Shown here: piece after piece, positions 39,514-51,700 of the stretch
Layout: each line of letters starts with the position of its first letter
Numbering within the stretch: the first letter of the stretch is position 1
IMG/VR virus record: IMGVR_UViG_3300008261_003175
Strand: one strand, 5' to 3'
DNA: 64,000 nt
Source of the DNA: a virus
Position numbers and translations under genes: made by a program
The notes under the pieces: model-generated
Told to the model about the DNA's origin: nothing
The model's database searches: none
The model's input: the letters and a program-made list of their open reading frames with translations, nothing else

Positions 39514-39652
39514 TTTTTTAGTAGTTTACACTTTTATGTAAATACTCGGTATTTATTGTTACGATGCCTCGATTTCTATTGCGAGGCTATACAACTTAAT
39601 ACTTATATTGCTTCCCTCTACAATAAGCAATCAAAACAATCAAGAAAACAAA

Positions 39653-40681
39653 ATGGAAGACATGTACAAGCAGGCGATTTTAGACGCCAAAGCAGTTCGT
39701 GCTAGCGCTATGGCGAATGCCAAAGCAACACTCCAAGAGGCTTTCGAACCAAAAATTCAAGAAATGATTCGTTTAAAACTTTCCGAGGATTTGGAAGAGG
39801 ATTACGAAGAAATGGAAGAAGGTGACACTTACGATGAAGCTTACGCCGAAAAAGTAAAAGAAGAAGGCGAAGAGCAAATGGAAGGAGATGACACCAAAAT
39901 GGACGAAGCATCATTGGAAGAAATTCTCGCTGAATTAGATGAGCTTGCAAAAAGCGAAGAAGACGACAACAAGATGATGGAAGCTGAAGATGATGAAGAA
40001 GAAACAGAAGAAGACGAAGAAGAATCAGATGATGATTCTGAAGAGTCTGACACTGAAGATTCAGAATCTACAGAAGAAACTCCTGGAGACGACACAAAGG
40101 TGATCGATATCACTCTTGGCGATCTTAAGCAAGTGCTTCAATCTATTAACGGTGGAGACTCGGGAATGGAAGACATGGGAGGAGATGAAGAATCTGAAAC
40201 TGATGATGAATCAGCTGAAGACGAAGAAGAAAACATCGACTTGCAAGAAATCCTCGACAGTCTCGAAGAAGCTAAAGACAAGGACATGAAGAAAAAAGGC
40301 ATGAAAGAAAAGAAAGAAGAAAAAGACGAAGCCAAAGAAAGTTTGAAAGAAGCTGTTAAGACAATTAACATCTTGCGTAAAGAACTTAACGAGGTTAATC
40401 TTTTGAACGCTAAACTTCTTTACATGAATAAAATCTTCAAGTCTAAGAATCTTAGCGAATCACAAAAAGTAAATGTAGTTTCAGCTTTGGATCGTGCAAC
40501 GAATACCAAAGAGGCTAAAAATATTTACGAGACTTTGAAAGAAAACATTTCTCAAAAGAAATCTCAAATTCAAGAGTCAAGAGGCTTCGCTTCCAATCCA
40601 GCGGGCGTAGCACCTAAAAAACCTATTTTAGAATCAGATGCTTTTGTAAGCAGATGGCAGAAAATAGCTGGTATAAAATAA
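39653..40681 (+). CDS. Prohead scaffold protein (gp22-like; start revised to the ATG at 39653)
   Basis: Very acidic coiled coil between protease and capsid; NEVNLLNAKLLY; C-terminal RWQKIAGIK. Confidence 0.8.
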   Translation: MEDMYKQAILDAKAVRASAMANAKATLQEAFEPKIQEMIRLKLSEDLEEDYEEMEEGDTYDEAYAEKVKEEGEEQMEGDDTKMDEASLEEILAELDELAKSEEDDNKMMEAEDDEEETEEDEEESDDDSEESDTEDSESTEETPGDDTKVIDITLGDLKQVLQSINGGDSGMEDMGGDEESETDDESAEDEEENIDLQEILDSLEEAKDKDMKKKGMKEKKEEKDEAKESLKEAVKTINILRKELNEVNLLNAKLLYMNKIFKSKNLSESQKVNVVSALDRATNTKEAKNIYETLKENISQKKSQIQESRGFASNPAGVAPKKPILESDAFVSRWQKIAGIK

Positions 40682-40711
40682 TTTTAAAAACAAAAAACAA
40701 AATTTAAAACA

Positions 40712-42412
40712 ATGGCAAATTTAGTACAATCTCTACTAAACGAGTCTGCTCAAACAGCATTCTCTGACCAGTTTTCAGTTGCCAACAAACTTACAAAAAA
40801 GTGGGCAAAATCTGGTCTGCTTGAAGGTCTTAGCGACCACGATCGTTCGTCTATGGCGGTGATCCTTGAAAATCAAGCAAAACAATTGGTTATCGAAACT
40901 TCTCAAACCAATGCTAATTTAAATAGTGGTGGTTCAACTTTTACTGCTACTAATGGCGAACAATGGGCTGGTGTAGCTCTTCCTTTGGTGCGTAAAATAT
41001 TTGGTCAAATTGCAGCGAAAGAATTCGTTTCAGTTCAACCAATGAACTTGCCTGCTGGATTGGTGTTCTTCTTGGATTTCCAATACGGTACCTCAGGTAA
41101 TCCTAACTTCCCGGTAAATACGTCTATGTACGGTGCTCAAACTACTAACTTCGGTAATGCGGCTTCTGGCGGTCTTTATGGTGGTGGTCAGTTCGGATAC
41201 TCTTTGAACTTGTTTAGTGCGTCTGTGACTTCGTCAAATGCAGGTCTATTTGTGAGCACATCAGCGGCATGGTCAGATATTAACTTTGACTCAGCTCTTT
41301 CAGCATCTATAGCGACTAACTCACTTACGAAGATAGCCATACCTCAAGCAGCATTCTCAGGATCTGATGCTAATGCAGTTAGATCATTCACAATTGCTCC
41401 TGCTGCAGCAAATGCTGTTCAGTTCGGTGATGGTGAAGTATTATCTAATTTCACTACAGTATCTGCTTCTAGCGTAGTATTTATATTGAATAGAACAGCT
41501 CCTGCAACACCAGGTCAAAATGCCAACTTCGTTTTCTATTGGAATAAATCAACTGATTTCAACACTCGCGGTGATTTTGAAGATCGTTCAGGCGCTCCTT
41601 CAGTTCCTAACGCGTATTCACCGTCTGCAATAAGTATTCCTGAAGTTAACGTTGGTATGAGATCAGAAACCATTTCTGCAAAAACTCGTAAGTTGAAAGC
41701 ACAATGGACTCCAGAATTTGCGCAAGATCTAAATGCTTACCACGCTCTTGATGCTGAAGCTGAATTGACTGGTATCCTTTCTGAGCACGTTTCTTTGGAA
41801 ATTGATTTGGAAGTTATGGATATGTTGATTCAAAATGCTCCAACAACAGAATACTGGTCAGCAAGAGTGGGTGCTACTCTCACAGTTAATGCAGCGGGTA
41901 CAGTAACATATAACCCAACAACATCAACAAGTGCGGCTGGACAATACTACACTCAAATGACTTGGTTCCAAACTTTGGGTATCAAGCTTCAAAAGATTTC
42001 TAACTTGATTCACCAACGTACTTTACGCGGTGGTGCTAACTTCATGGTAGTATCTCCTACAATTGCTACAATCTTGGAATCAATTCCTGGATTCGCTGCT
42101 GATACTGACGGAGCTGCTGATACAATGAAATATGCATTCGGCGTACAGAAAATTGGTGCTTTGAATAGCCGTTACAAAGTTTACAAGAACCCATACATGA
42201 CTGAAAATGTTATCTTGATGGGCTTCCGTGGAACTCAATTCTTAGAGTGTGGAGCAGTTTACGCACCATACGTTCCATTGATCATGACTCCTCTTGTGTA
42301 CGATCCAAATACCTTCACTCCAAGAAAAGGTATCATGACTCGTTACGCATTGAAGATGGTTCGTCCTGAATTCTATGGTAAAGTGATTGTGGCTGATACA
42401 AACATCATCTAA
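40712..42412 (+). CDS. Major capsid protein (gp23-like)
   Basis: VILENQ, VSVQPMNLPAGLVFFL, AKTRKLKAQWTPEFAQDL.AYH, YAPYVPL, FTPRKGIMTRY. Confidence 0.97.
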   Translation: MANLVQSLLNESAQTAFSDQFSVANKLTKKWAKSGLLEGLSDHDRSSMAVILENQAKQLVIETSQTNANLNSGGSTFTATNGEQWAGVALPLVRKIFGQIAAKEFVSVQPMNLPAGLVFFLDFQYGTSGNPNFPVNTSMYGAQTTNFGNAASGGLYGGGQFGYSLNLFSASVTSSNAGLFVSTSAAWSDINFDSALSASIATNSLTKIAIPQAAFSGSDANAVRSFTIAPAAANAVQFGDGEVLSNFTTVSASSVVFILNRTAPATPGQNANFVFYWNKSTDFNTRGDFEDRSGAPSVPNAYSPSAISIPEVNVGMRSETISAKTRKLKAQWTPEFAQDLNAYHALDAEAELTGILSEHVSLEIDLEVMDMLIQNAPTTEYWSARVGATLTVNAAGTVTYNPTTSTSAAGQYYTQMTWFQTLGIKLQKISNLIHQRTLRGGANFMVVSPTIATILESIPGFAADTDGAADTMKYAFGVQKIGALNSRYKVYKNPYMTENVILMGFRGTQFLECGAVYAPYVPLIMTPLVYDPNTFTPRKGIMTRYALKMVRPEFYGKVIVADTNII

Positions 42413-42436
42413 TTACTAAAGTAATATAGAAAATTA

Positions 42437-42465
42437 AAGGCCCAACTTCGGTTGGGTCTTTTTTT
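42437..42465 (+). terminator. Rho-independent terminator with a UUCG tetraloop
   Basis: AAGGCCCAAC-TTCG-GTTGGGTCTT followed by a T run. Confidence 0.9.
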
Positions 42466-42480
42466 ATTCCTGTTAGTTCG

Positions 42481-42488
42481 ATATTTAT
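42481..42488 (+). promoter_or_regulatory. Late-promoter motif ATATTTAT (representative of about 20 copies)
   Basis: Sense-oriented intergenic copies: + at 21076, 23933, 30796, 34338, 37535, 42481, 45749, 55456, 55512, 55849, 56142, 60478, 61115, 62170; - at 874, 3469, 12879, 16802, 18977, 19252. Confidence 0.7.
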
Positions 42489-42514
42489 TCTAAATAGCTC
42501 ACCAAAACTAATTT

Positions 42515-43168
42515 ATGGAAAAGCCTAAGAAAGTTTTAAAAAACGAAATAAAGTACGAAATAACTTTAAATGACGAACAGAAAGAGGCAAAGAGATTAAT
42601 AAGAGAGAATCAGATAGTAATAATAACAGGTCGAGCAGGTTGCGGAAAGAGTCTAGTATCTGCTCAGACTGCTCTTGATTTTCTTTTCAAGAAAGAATGC
42701 GAAAACATATTCGTCACAAGAGCGGCCGTTGAAGTGGGTCATAGTTTGGGATTTTTACCAGGTTCTTTAGACGAAAAATTTAATCCGTATTTGGAGGCTT
42801 TTCAAGAGAATCTTGTGAAGTGTTATAATAAAGAAAAAATAGAAAACCTAATATCGGATAAAAAAGTTATAGCTTTGCCAGTTCAGTTTATTAGAGGCAA
42901 AACAGTAGATGACGTCTTGGTAGTAGAAGAAGCTCAAAATCTCACTAAAGCTGAGATGCTAGCTATTCTTACACGACTTGGAAAAAATGGTAAAATAATC
43001 ATAAATGGAGATAATGAGCAGAAAGACATTAAAGATCCATATAATGGACTAAGTTACGCAATAGAGCTATCAAAAAAGATCGAAGAGATTAAATGGGTCA
43101 AACTCAAACACAATCATAGATCAGATCTTGTAGGCAAGATATTAGATTACGAATATAGCGGAAAATAA
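42515..43168 (+). CDS. phoH: PhoH-like ATPase
   Basis: GRAGCGKS, TRAAVE...LGFLPG, FIRGKT, EEAQN, LTRLG, GDNEQKD, NHRS. Confidence 0.92.
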   Translation: MEKPKKVLKNEIKYEITLNDEQKEAKRLIRENQIVIITGRAGCGKSLVSAQTALDFLFKKECENIFVTRAAVEVGHSLGFLPGSLDEKFNPYLEAFQENLVKCYNKEKIENLISDKKVIALPVQFIRGKTVDDVLVVEEAQNLTKAEMLAILTRLGKNGKIIINGDNEQKDIKDPYNGLSYAIELSKKIEEIKWVKLKHNHRSDLVGKILDYEYSGK

Positions 43169-43179
43169 AAAATAAATAA

Positions 43180-44346
43180 ATGGCAAATCCACAAATATAT
43201 GATGGCAGTCCTATTGCGATAAGCGGAAATACTCCATTTGGATTGTATGACAGCGATCCTCAATTTCAAGCCAATGGTCCTAAAGTTGCTAATTTTGTAG
43301 CAAGAAAATTAGGCTATCCTGTAATGGACGTTGAATTAGACGATTTGAATATATACGCGTGTTTCGAAGAAGCAGTATCTACATATTCTGAATTACTCTA
43401 TCAATTATCTATAAAAGACAACTACTTGTCTTTGATTGGAGCTTCGACAGGATCTAATTTAAACAATCAAGTAATAGTGCCCACTCTTAATAGCGTGGTC
43501 GATATGGCAGATGCTTATGGATCTCTAGCTGGAGTTGGTGGACTAACAGAGTGGTATACGGGATCTCTAATGCTAAGCGCTAGTCAACAAGTGTATGACT
43601 TGCAAAGTTGGGGAATAAGTAACGGATATATTCAACAAGGCGATAGAATGGTCGTAAATAGAATTTTCTACGAATCTAATCCTGCTATAAATCAATATTA
43701 CGATCCTTACATAGGTGGATCTATAAATTATCAAGGCGCAACAGAAAATTTTGGTTGGGCAAGCTATTCTCCTGGATTGAATTTTACGTTGTTTCCAATT
43801 TATTGGGACATACAAAGAATTCAAGAGATCGAAATGTCAAATCAAGTTAGAAGATCAGCTTTTACTTTTGAATTAATAAATAATAAACTTAGAATATTTC
43901 CAGTACCTGAAATTGATGGCATACCACTATTTATTCAGTATTCTAAGAAAAGCGAAATGGCTAGCGTTGCGTCGAACAGTCCCTACTCTTCAAGTACTTC
44001 GTTGGTCACTAATCCATCTAATGTTCCGTATACCGTAATTCCGTTCGGCCAAATAAATGGGCCAGGAAAAAACTGGATATTTGAATACACCTTAGCATTA
44101 TGTATGGAGTTATTGGGAATTATTAGAAATAAATACACAACTGTGCCAATTCCCGGAGCTGAAACTACTTTAAATGGAGCTGATCTGTCTAGCGCAGGCA
44201 GAGACATGCAAACTAAATTAAAAGAAGCTTTAAAAGGAGATTTAACTGAATTGTCTAGACAAGCTCAATTAGAAAAGCAACAAAAAGAAAACGAATCTAT
44301 ACAAGAAACGTTGAGTAAAGTACCACTTTTAATATACATAGGATAA
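43180..44346 (+). CDS. Neck/head-tail adaptor (gp13-like)
   Basis: RKLGYPVMDVEL, WIFEYTLALC.E.LG.IR.KY..PIPG...TLNG. Confidence 0.8.
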   Translation: MANPQIYDGSPIAISGNTPFGLYDSDPQFQANGPKVANFVARKLGYPVMDVELDDLNIYACFEEAVSTYSELLYQLSIKDNYLSLIGASTGSNLNNQVIVPTLNSVVDMADAYGSLAGVGGLTEWYTGSLMLSASQQVYDLQSWGISNGYIQQGDRMVVNRIFYESNPAINQYYDPYIGGSINYQGATENFGWASYSPGLNFTLFPIYWDIQRIQEIEMSNQVRRSAFTFELINNKLRIFPVPEIDGIPLFIQYSKKSEMASVASNSPYSSSTSLVTNPSNVPYTVIPFGQINGPGKNWIFEYTLALCMELLGIIRNKYTTVPIPGAETTLNGADLSSAGRDMQTKLKEALKGDLTELSRQAQLEKQQKENESIQETLSKVPLLIYIG

Positions 44347-44347
44347 C

Positions 44348-44839
44348 ATGGCATTATTTGGATCATCAAGAGACATAACTACTTTTAAAAGTATTTCCAA
44401 AGAATTAGTTGGAGATATTATAAGTCAACAGTGCGGTTATTATAAAGCTATGTTGTCAGACACAGTTCCAAATATATACGGAGAAGCTGCTCAAAAATAT
44501 TTTATTGGACCAGTATTGTTAGATTGTCTTATAGAAAGAGGAGATTTCTCTTTTGATCGAGAGGATTTTGGACCAGATGTTAAACGTCCAGTGACTTTTA
44601 GATTTTTAAAAGAAACTATAGTTGAAGCAAATGTGCATCCAGAACCGGGAGATATTATAATGTACAATGAAGTTTATTATCACGCTGATAATATTAACGA
44701 AAATCAATTAATACTTGGTAAAGATCCTGATTACACATATTCTAATGGATTAGAGAATTTTGGTTCTTCTTATTCTGTTGTTATAGTGTGTCATTACACA
44801 TCTCCTGACATTCTTGGCATAACTAAACAAAGAATATAA
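44348..44839 (+). CDS. Head closure protein (gp14-like)
   Basis: NIYGE, PEPGDII motifs; synteny. Confidence 0.6.
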   Translation: MALFGSSRDITTFKSISKELVGDIISQQCGYYKAMLSDTVPNIYGEAAQKYFIGPVLLDCLIERGDFSFDREDFGPDVKRPVTFRFLKETIVEANVHPEPGDIIMYNEVYYHADNINENQLILGKDPDYTYSNGLENFGSSYSVVIVCHYTSPDILGITKQRI

Positions 44840-45708
44840 TGAGCATACAAACTACTAGACCGCAAAACAAACGAGAATTCATGGATAAACTAGTAATTCC
44901 GTATGATTCTAGGTATCCAAATACAAATAATATTTTTTCTGAGCCTTACAAAGCAGGTCAACCTGAGCAAAATAGAGCGCTAGAAGTTTCTCTAAGAAAC
45001 GATTCTGACAAAGATTTTTCTATAGGAATAAAAGACATCAATGAAGCTGTGCACTACTATTTTACGCAAATTTTAAAGCTATCAGTGGTGCAAAACAACA
45101 CAAAAGTCGAGGTTCCAATACTGTATGGAAACGAAGAGAGTTGGAAATCAGTGCAAACAGACGGGTATTATAGAGATTCAAATTCAAAATTAATGGCGCC
45201 TTTATTGATGTTTAAGAGAACTAATCTAACTCAAAATAGAGGTTTAGCAAATAAATTAGACGGCAATTACGCTAGAAACGTGCAAGTATTCGAGAGAACA
45301 TTTAATCGTAGAAATATATATAGTAATTTTAATGCGATAAACAATCGAGTACCTGAAAAAGAATATGTTGTTGCTGTGTCTCCCGATTATGTTACTGTGG
45401 AGTACACCTGTATTATCTGGACTCATTTTGTAGAACAGATGGATAAACTTATTGAATCATTAAATTATGCGTCCAGAGCTTATTGGGGCGATCCCAATAG
45501 ATTCCAATTCTATAGTTCTATAGAATCTTTTCAAGACGCAACAACATATAACACAGGAGACGATAGATTAATTAGAAGCAATTTTACTTTGACCTTAAAC
45601 GGTTACCTAATTCCAGAAACAATCAATAAAAGTCTGTCTACTGTAAATCGAGTATATGGAGGGTCTAATATCATTTTTGGTTTAGAAACTTCTACAAATA
45701 TACAATAA
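44839..45708 (+). CDS. Tail terminator/sheath stabiliser (gp15-like)
   Basis: VPILYG..E.W, P.YVTVEY...WT..EQM..LIE, FTLTLNGYL. Confidence 0.7.
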   Translation: MSIQTTRPQNKREFMDKLVIPYDSRYPNTNNIFSEPYKAGQPEQNRALEVSLRNDSDKDFSIGIKDINEAVHYYFTQILKLSVVQNNTKVEVPILYGNEESWKSVQTDGYYRDSNSKLMAPLLMFKRTNLTQNRGLANKLDGNYARNVQVFERTFNRRNIYSNFNAINNRVPEKEYVVAVSPDYVTVEYTCIIWTHFVEQMDKLIESLNYASRAYWGDPNRFQFYSSIESFQDATTYNTGDDRLIRSNFTLTLNGYLIPETINKSLSTVNRVYGGSNIIFGLETSTNIQ

Positions 45709-45764
45709 TTTGCTAAGAGTATAATCATCTAGCAAAGTAAGTTTTTTAATATTTATATTAGACA

Positions 45765-48700
45765 ATGAGTTTATTACCAATAAAATATAGCGATATACCG
45801 GGCAGGTCTCCATCGCTTTTGTTGATAGGAGAATTAGCGGTAAATATCGCAGATGGCAATCTCTATTACGGATCGAAAAACGGAGTGAGACTATTCTCTT
45901 TTAGTGGAAGTTCGTCTACCAATACAGGCAGTCTGTTGCTAACAGCGTCCGTTAATTTAAATACAATAACTTTTACAAAAGGCAACGGATCTACGTTTGC
46001 CATTACTGTAGACACCGGATCTGGATCTCCAGGAAGCGGAACAGTTACTTCTATAGCTACAGCAGGACTTATATCGGGAGGGACTATTACCACTACTGGT
46101 ACGATCAGCACTTCTATGAATACAAATAGACTTGTAGGTAGAAGCACAGCTGGTGTAGGTATTATGGAAGAGATTACGATCGGATCCGGACTTTCTCTTT
46201 CAGGAGGAACTCTTAGTGCTACTGGAGGTGGAGGAACATTTCCTTTTGATGGTTCTGCTGTAATTACAGGTTCCTTACTTGTATCCGGTAGTGGAATAAC
46301 TATTACCGGATCACTTAATATATCAGGTTCATTAAATGCAACATCAAGTTGGGCTATTAATGCTTTAACTTCATCAAATATACAAGGTGGAGCTGCAAAT
46401 TATATACCATTATGGAAAACTGATACTAGTTTAACTAGTAGTTTTTTATATCAAAATAATAATGTATTAACAGCTCGATCTAATAGTATAGATAATGGAT
46501 TAATGATTGATTTTGGAAGTAATCAATATAGAATAGGAGGTTTTGGTGCTTCTCCCTTTAATTACATAGGTATTGATCCTAATTTTACACAATTATTTGG
46601 CAGTAATGTAATCCTAGATGCATCTTCAGCTACTTTAGAAATATCCTCAGGGTTAATAAAAACAACATCTGGAGCATCAAATATTAAAGGATTAAAACTT
46701 GATTTTAATAATAACGTATATAGTTTAGGAGATACTGATGATTTAAATACTCTTACAAAAATAAAAGTAGACGAAAGTAGTCAATCTGTTATTATAACTG
46801 GCTCACTTACTACAACAGGATCAGTATTTTTTCCGTTTTTAATAGAACAATCTCAAAATAATGTTGTATTAATAGATACATCAACTGGCCAGCTTTATTA
46901 CACAGCATCATCAGCAATTGGAGGAGGTGGAAGTGGAACTCCAGGTGGAACAGATCAAACAATTCAATTTAATTCAGCATCTGTATTTAGCGGCTCTGCT
47001 AAATTAAAATACGACTATACTAACAGCAATATAATATTAACAGGTTCATTATTAGTAACTCAATCATATATCTCTAAAGTAGATTATGTTGAGTTTACAT
47101 CAGCATCAGATCAACTCACAGCAGTAGGTAGATTAGGATGGAATAATAGTGATGGTACATTAAGTTTAGGATTAAAAGGTGGTAATGTTGATCTTTTAGT
47201 TGGTGAAACTGAAGTAGCATATGTTTATAATGCTGAGGCAACAACATTAACAAAAGGTGAAGTTGTTTTTATAACAGGATCACAAGGTAATAGAGTATCC
47301 GTTAAAAGAGCAGCAGCCTCCTCTGATCCAGTCTCTGCAGGTACATTAGGATTTGTAGCGGAACCTATAATTTCAGGTCAAACTGGATTTGTAATAACAA
47401 GCGGAGTAATAAATAAACTAGATACTTCTGCTTATACAGAAGGAGCACTAGTATATTTAAGTAGCTCAGCAGGTCAGTATACAACAGTTAAACCAGTATC
47501 CCCAATCCACGAAGTACGTCTTGGATATATACAAAGATCACATCCCACAGTAGGTTCAATCTACGTTAAAGTAGATAATGGATATGAAATAGGAGAACTA
47601 CATGATGTATTAGATAATACAACATCTTCATCCTATGGAGATTTACTTGTTAAAAGTGGTAGTTTATGGATTAATTCAAAACAACTAACTGGATCATACG
47701 GATTAACAGGTAGTTTAACTGTAACTCAAAACATATCAGCAAGCTCATTTACAGGATCATTGTTTGGTACAGCAAGTTGGGCACACAGCGCTTCTAATGC
47801 TATAAATGCACAAACAGCATCCTATGTTACTTCATCAAATGTATTTGGTCCTTATGGTTCAAATTCAATATTAAGTGCATCATTTGCTTTAACAGCATCA
47901 ATAGCAACAACAGCTATAACATCATCATACCCAATATCAGTAACAGGTAGTGGTACTACTTTATATTCTGTAAGTCCTCTTGCTAATCCTAATTTTGGTG
48001 AGGGTGCTACACATTCTATATTTTTTGGACAAGAAGCAGGATATTTAGTATCAGACGCATATTATGCAAACTTTATAGGCAGACAAGCAGGATATACAGC
48101 ATCATATGCTGAAGATTCAAATTTCTTAGGATATAGAGCAGGATTTAATGCTACTTATGCTAATCGCTCAAATTTCTTAGGATCATCAGTTGGAAGTAAT
48201 GCTACCTATGCATCTCAATCTAATTTCTTTGGTCATCAAGCCGGATTTGAAGCATATACTGCATCTAACTCAAATTTCTTAGGTTACCAAGCAGGATTTC
48301 AAGCCTATTTATCAAATGACTCAACATTTATGGGTTATCGGGCAGGTTATTTAGCTACCACTGCAAGCGATTCAGTTTTTATAGGATACGAAACAGGCAG
48401 ACAAGCCTCAAGAGCTAATAATTCTATTTTTATAGGCAGCGGATCAGGAAATGGGGCTACTAATTCTAATAATTCTGTTTTTTTAGGTTCAACAGCAGGA
48501 AAAAATGCTAGTAGCGCTCATTCTATTTTTATAGGAACTAATGCAGGTAGTAGCACTAGTGGAGGTAATTCTATTATTATAGGTCGAGATGCAGGAAGTA
48601 CTATAAGTAGTACATCAAATTCTATTTTAATAGGTTATCAAGCTGGTAAAAGAATAACAGGCACCGGCATTGGTAATAATAACATTATTATTGGTACAAA

Positions 48701-51700
48701 CATCACTTTACCAAACGGAACTAGTAATGCTGTTAATATAGGAGGCGCATTATATATAACAGGAATTTATGGAAATACAACAGGAGACCCACTAACTGGC
48801 TCATACATCGATGTACTAACACAACCTAAAGTAGGTATAGGCACATTTTCTCCATCCGCGTTATTACATATTAATCAAATAGAGAGAGGTAATCCTCAAT
48901 TTATCGTCTCTAATAGGGAAAGCGGAAGCGTATTTAGAGTAGATGAAAATTCAATATTTGCACCTCAATTAAGATCTTTACCTGTAGGATCGTACGAGAT
49001 AGTAGTAAGAGATACAGCCACAGGTCAATTATACGTAGTTTCGTCTAGCAATTTTATAACCGGAAGCGGAAGCGGAACTACTCCTCCAGGCGGTGCAGAT
49101 ACTCAAATACAATATAATAACGGTGGAGCTTTCGGCGGAAGTAGTTATTTTATATATAATTACGTAAATAATAGTTTAAAACAAGGAAATACAATAACAG
49201 CACGAGGAGCGTATTCTCACGGAGAAGGATGCAATACTTTTGTAGGACAATTTGGATACCATGCCTCTGATGTAACATCAGGAGTAATAACGCTTGATGT
49301 TGCGTATGGAGATGTTAAAAATACAGGGGTCGCCGAAGCTGATGGATTCATAATATTAGACGACACAGCGTATTCTAATACTTACGGTGTTAGAGCATTT
49401 ACTATAGCAAGTGTTGCAGGTGGACCGCCTACTACAATAACATTAAATAATGCGGGAATAACCACATCAGAGGCGATAATATATATACCTGGAAGAGCTG
49501 AACCTCTAAGAGCAGATATACTTTTACCTGGTGATTGCGCTCACTCTGAAGGATCGAGCTCTATAGCGTCTGGAAATGCTTCTCATGCCGCTGGTATAGA
49601 AACAAATGCATTCGGCAATTATTCATACGCAGGCGGCCAAGGAACAGTGGCAACATCTGTGGGTCAAACCGTAGTAGGTAAATACAATTTACCAAATTCT
49701 GATATCGTCAGTTACGGTAACTCTTTTATAATTGGTAAAGGAACAAGTACAAGTGCGAGAACTAATATGTTTGAAGCTGTTCCTTCAGCAGATACTCTTA
49801 CAATATCTGCATCTTATGTTGCAATTAAAGGCATACCTAGATTTGATGCACAACCTTTTCTATTGGCTTATGAAACTTCATCTGGTCAGATATACTTCTC
49901 AACAGCATCTCTTGTTGGTGGTGGTAGTACTACAACAACATTATCACGAATAACAACAGGTTCAGTTACGGCTAGTACAAATGTAGGTACAGGAAATGTA
50001 TTTACTGTTACAAGTGCTAGTATAGCAGAATTTGCTGTAGCAGGAACTGGCGTTACAATAGGTAACGTTATAACAGATCAACATACCGTAACAGGATCTC
50101 TATCAATATCAGGCTCCACTACAATAACAGGTTCATTAAGAGTAAGAGACGGCATAACAGGATCATTGTTTGGTACTGCTAGTTGGGCTACTAATGCTTT
50201 AACTGCATCTTATGTCTTAGCAAGTAATATTGCAGGAGACATATCAAGAATAGCAATAGGATCGGTAACTGCAAGCGTAGGAAATAGCTCAGGAAATATA
50301 TTTAATATTATTAGTGGTAGTAGTACGTTTGTGAATATTACTAATAATGGCGATGTTGGCATAGGAGCCCCAGCAACTTCTACCACTAAATTACAAATAT
50401 CATCTAGTACTAATCTTTCATTGGGTATAGTAAGATCTACGACAAATGCAGGTTATTTATCTTTAGATAATGCTACGTTTGCTATAGCTGTTAATCGTAA
50501 TCCTGTAGGTTCTTTTATAGATACGTCAAAAGCATCATCTCAAATTAATTTATTTACAGGAGTATCTGATTCGAATATCAAATTTTATACGACTACTGCA
50601 AATAATACATTACCTAGTGAAAGAATGATTATTACTAAAGACGGTAATGTCGGTATTAATAGAACGGCTCCGATATATACACTAGATGTAAGTGGTAGTA
50701 TTAATTTTATTGGAGATACTATCGTAACAGGATCGTTTACGGTAATAACAGGTAGCTCCGTAGAATTTCAAGTTATAAATACTGGAGTTAGGATAGGTAA
50801 TATAATTACCGATACTCATACTGTAACAGGTAGCTTCAATATATCAGGCTCAACAACTATAAGAGGAAATACAAGAATAAGCGGCAGTGTATTCATCAGC
50901 GGTTCATTAATACCAAACGTTAATGGAACTCAAACTTCAAGCTTTAATCTAGGATCTCCAACAGCAGCATGGAAAGCGCTTTATGTAGCAACAAGAAGTA
51001 TTCACTTTGTTGATGTTGATGGAATTGAAGTAGCAAATATATCTGTAGAACCAAATGGTGGTGGTGGGAGTTTTATTAATATAGGCGATATTAGAACCTA
51101 TGACGAAAATGAGTTAGCTTTTAGAGGTATTGAAGTTGATAGACAACAAGGATTTGTTTTTTTAGGAGATTATAATAAAACTTTACCATTTCCAATATCA
51201 CTTAATTTAATACCGGATGCTAATCAAAAAATTTATACTGAAGGTTCTTCATCAGGTGAAAGTGGATTTAAAGTAGATTTTGTAAATGATCCATTCCCTA
51301 GAGTATGGTTAGGAGATTTTAATGGAACTGGAAAAAGTACATCTTTAATAATAAATGACTTTTTCCAAACAATAACTACTAGCGGTAGTTTTATAATGTC
51401 TGGTTCGTTAAATGTAACTCAAGGTATAACAGGATCATTACAAGGAACATCATCCTTTGCTTTAACAGCATCTCATGTTTTAAATGGTGGAACATCAACA
51501 ATTCCAACACAAATAGTAACTGGTTCAGTTACAGCTAGTGTAACACTAACACAATTTAGCGTTACAAGTGGTAGTATTACTGAATTTAGTGTAGCAGGAA
51601 CAGGAGTTACAATAGGTAATACGGCATCAGATATACATAAAGTAACTGGTTCATTTAATATAAGTGGTTCAACAACAGTAAATGGTCAATTATTTCTTTC

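Noticed and set aside
42515-43168. PhoH as a novelty
   Set aside because: Common auxiliary gene in large phages
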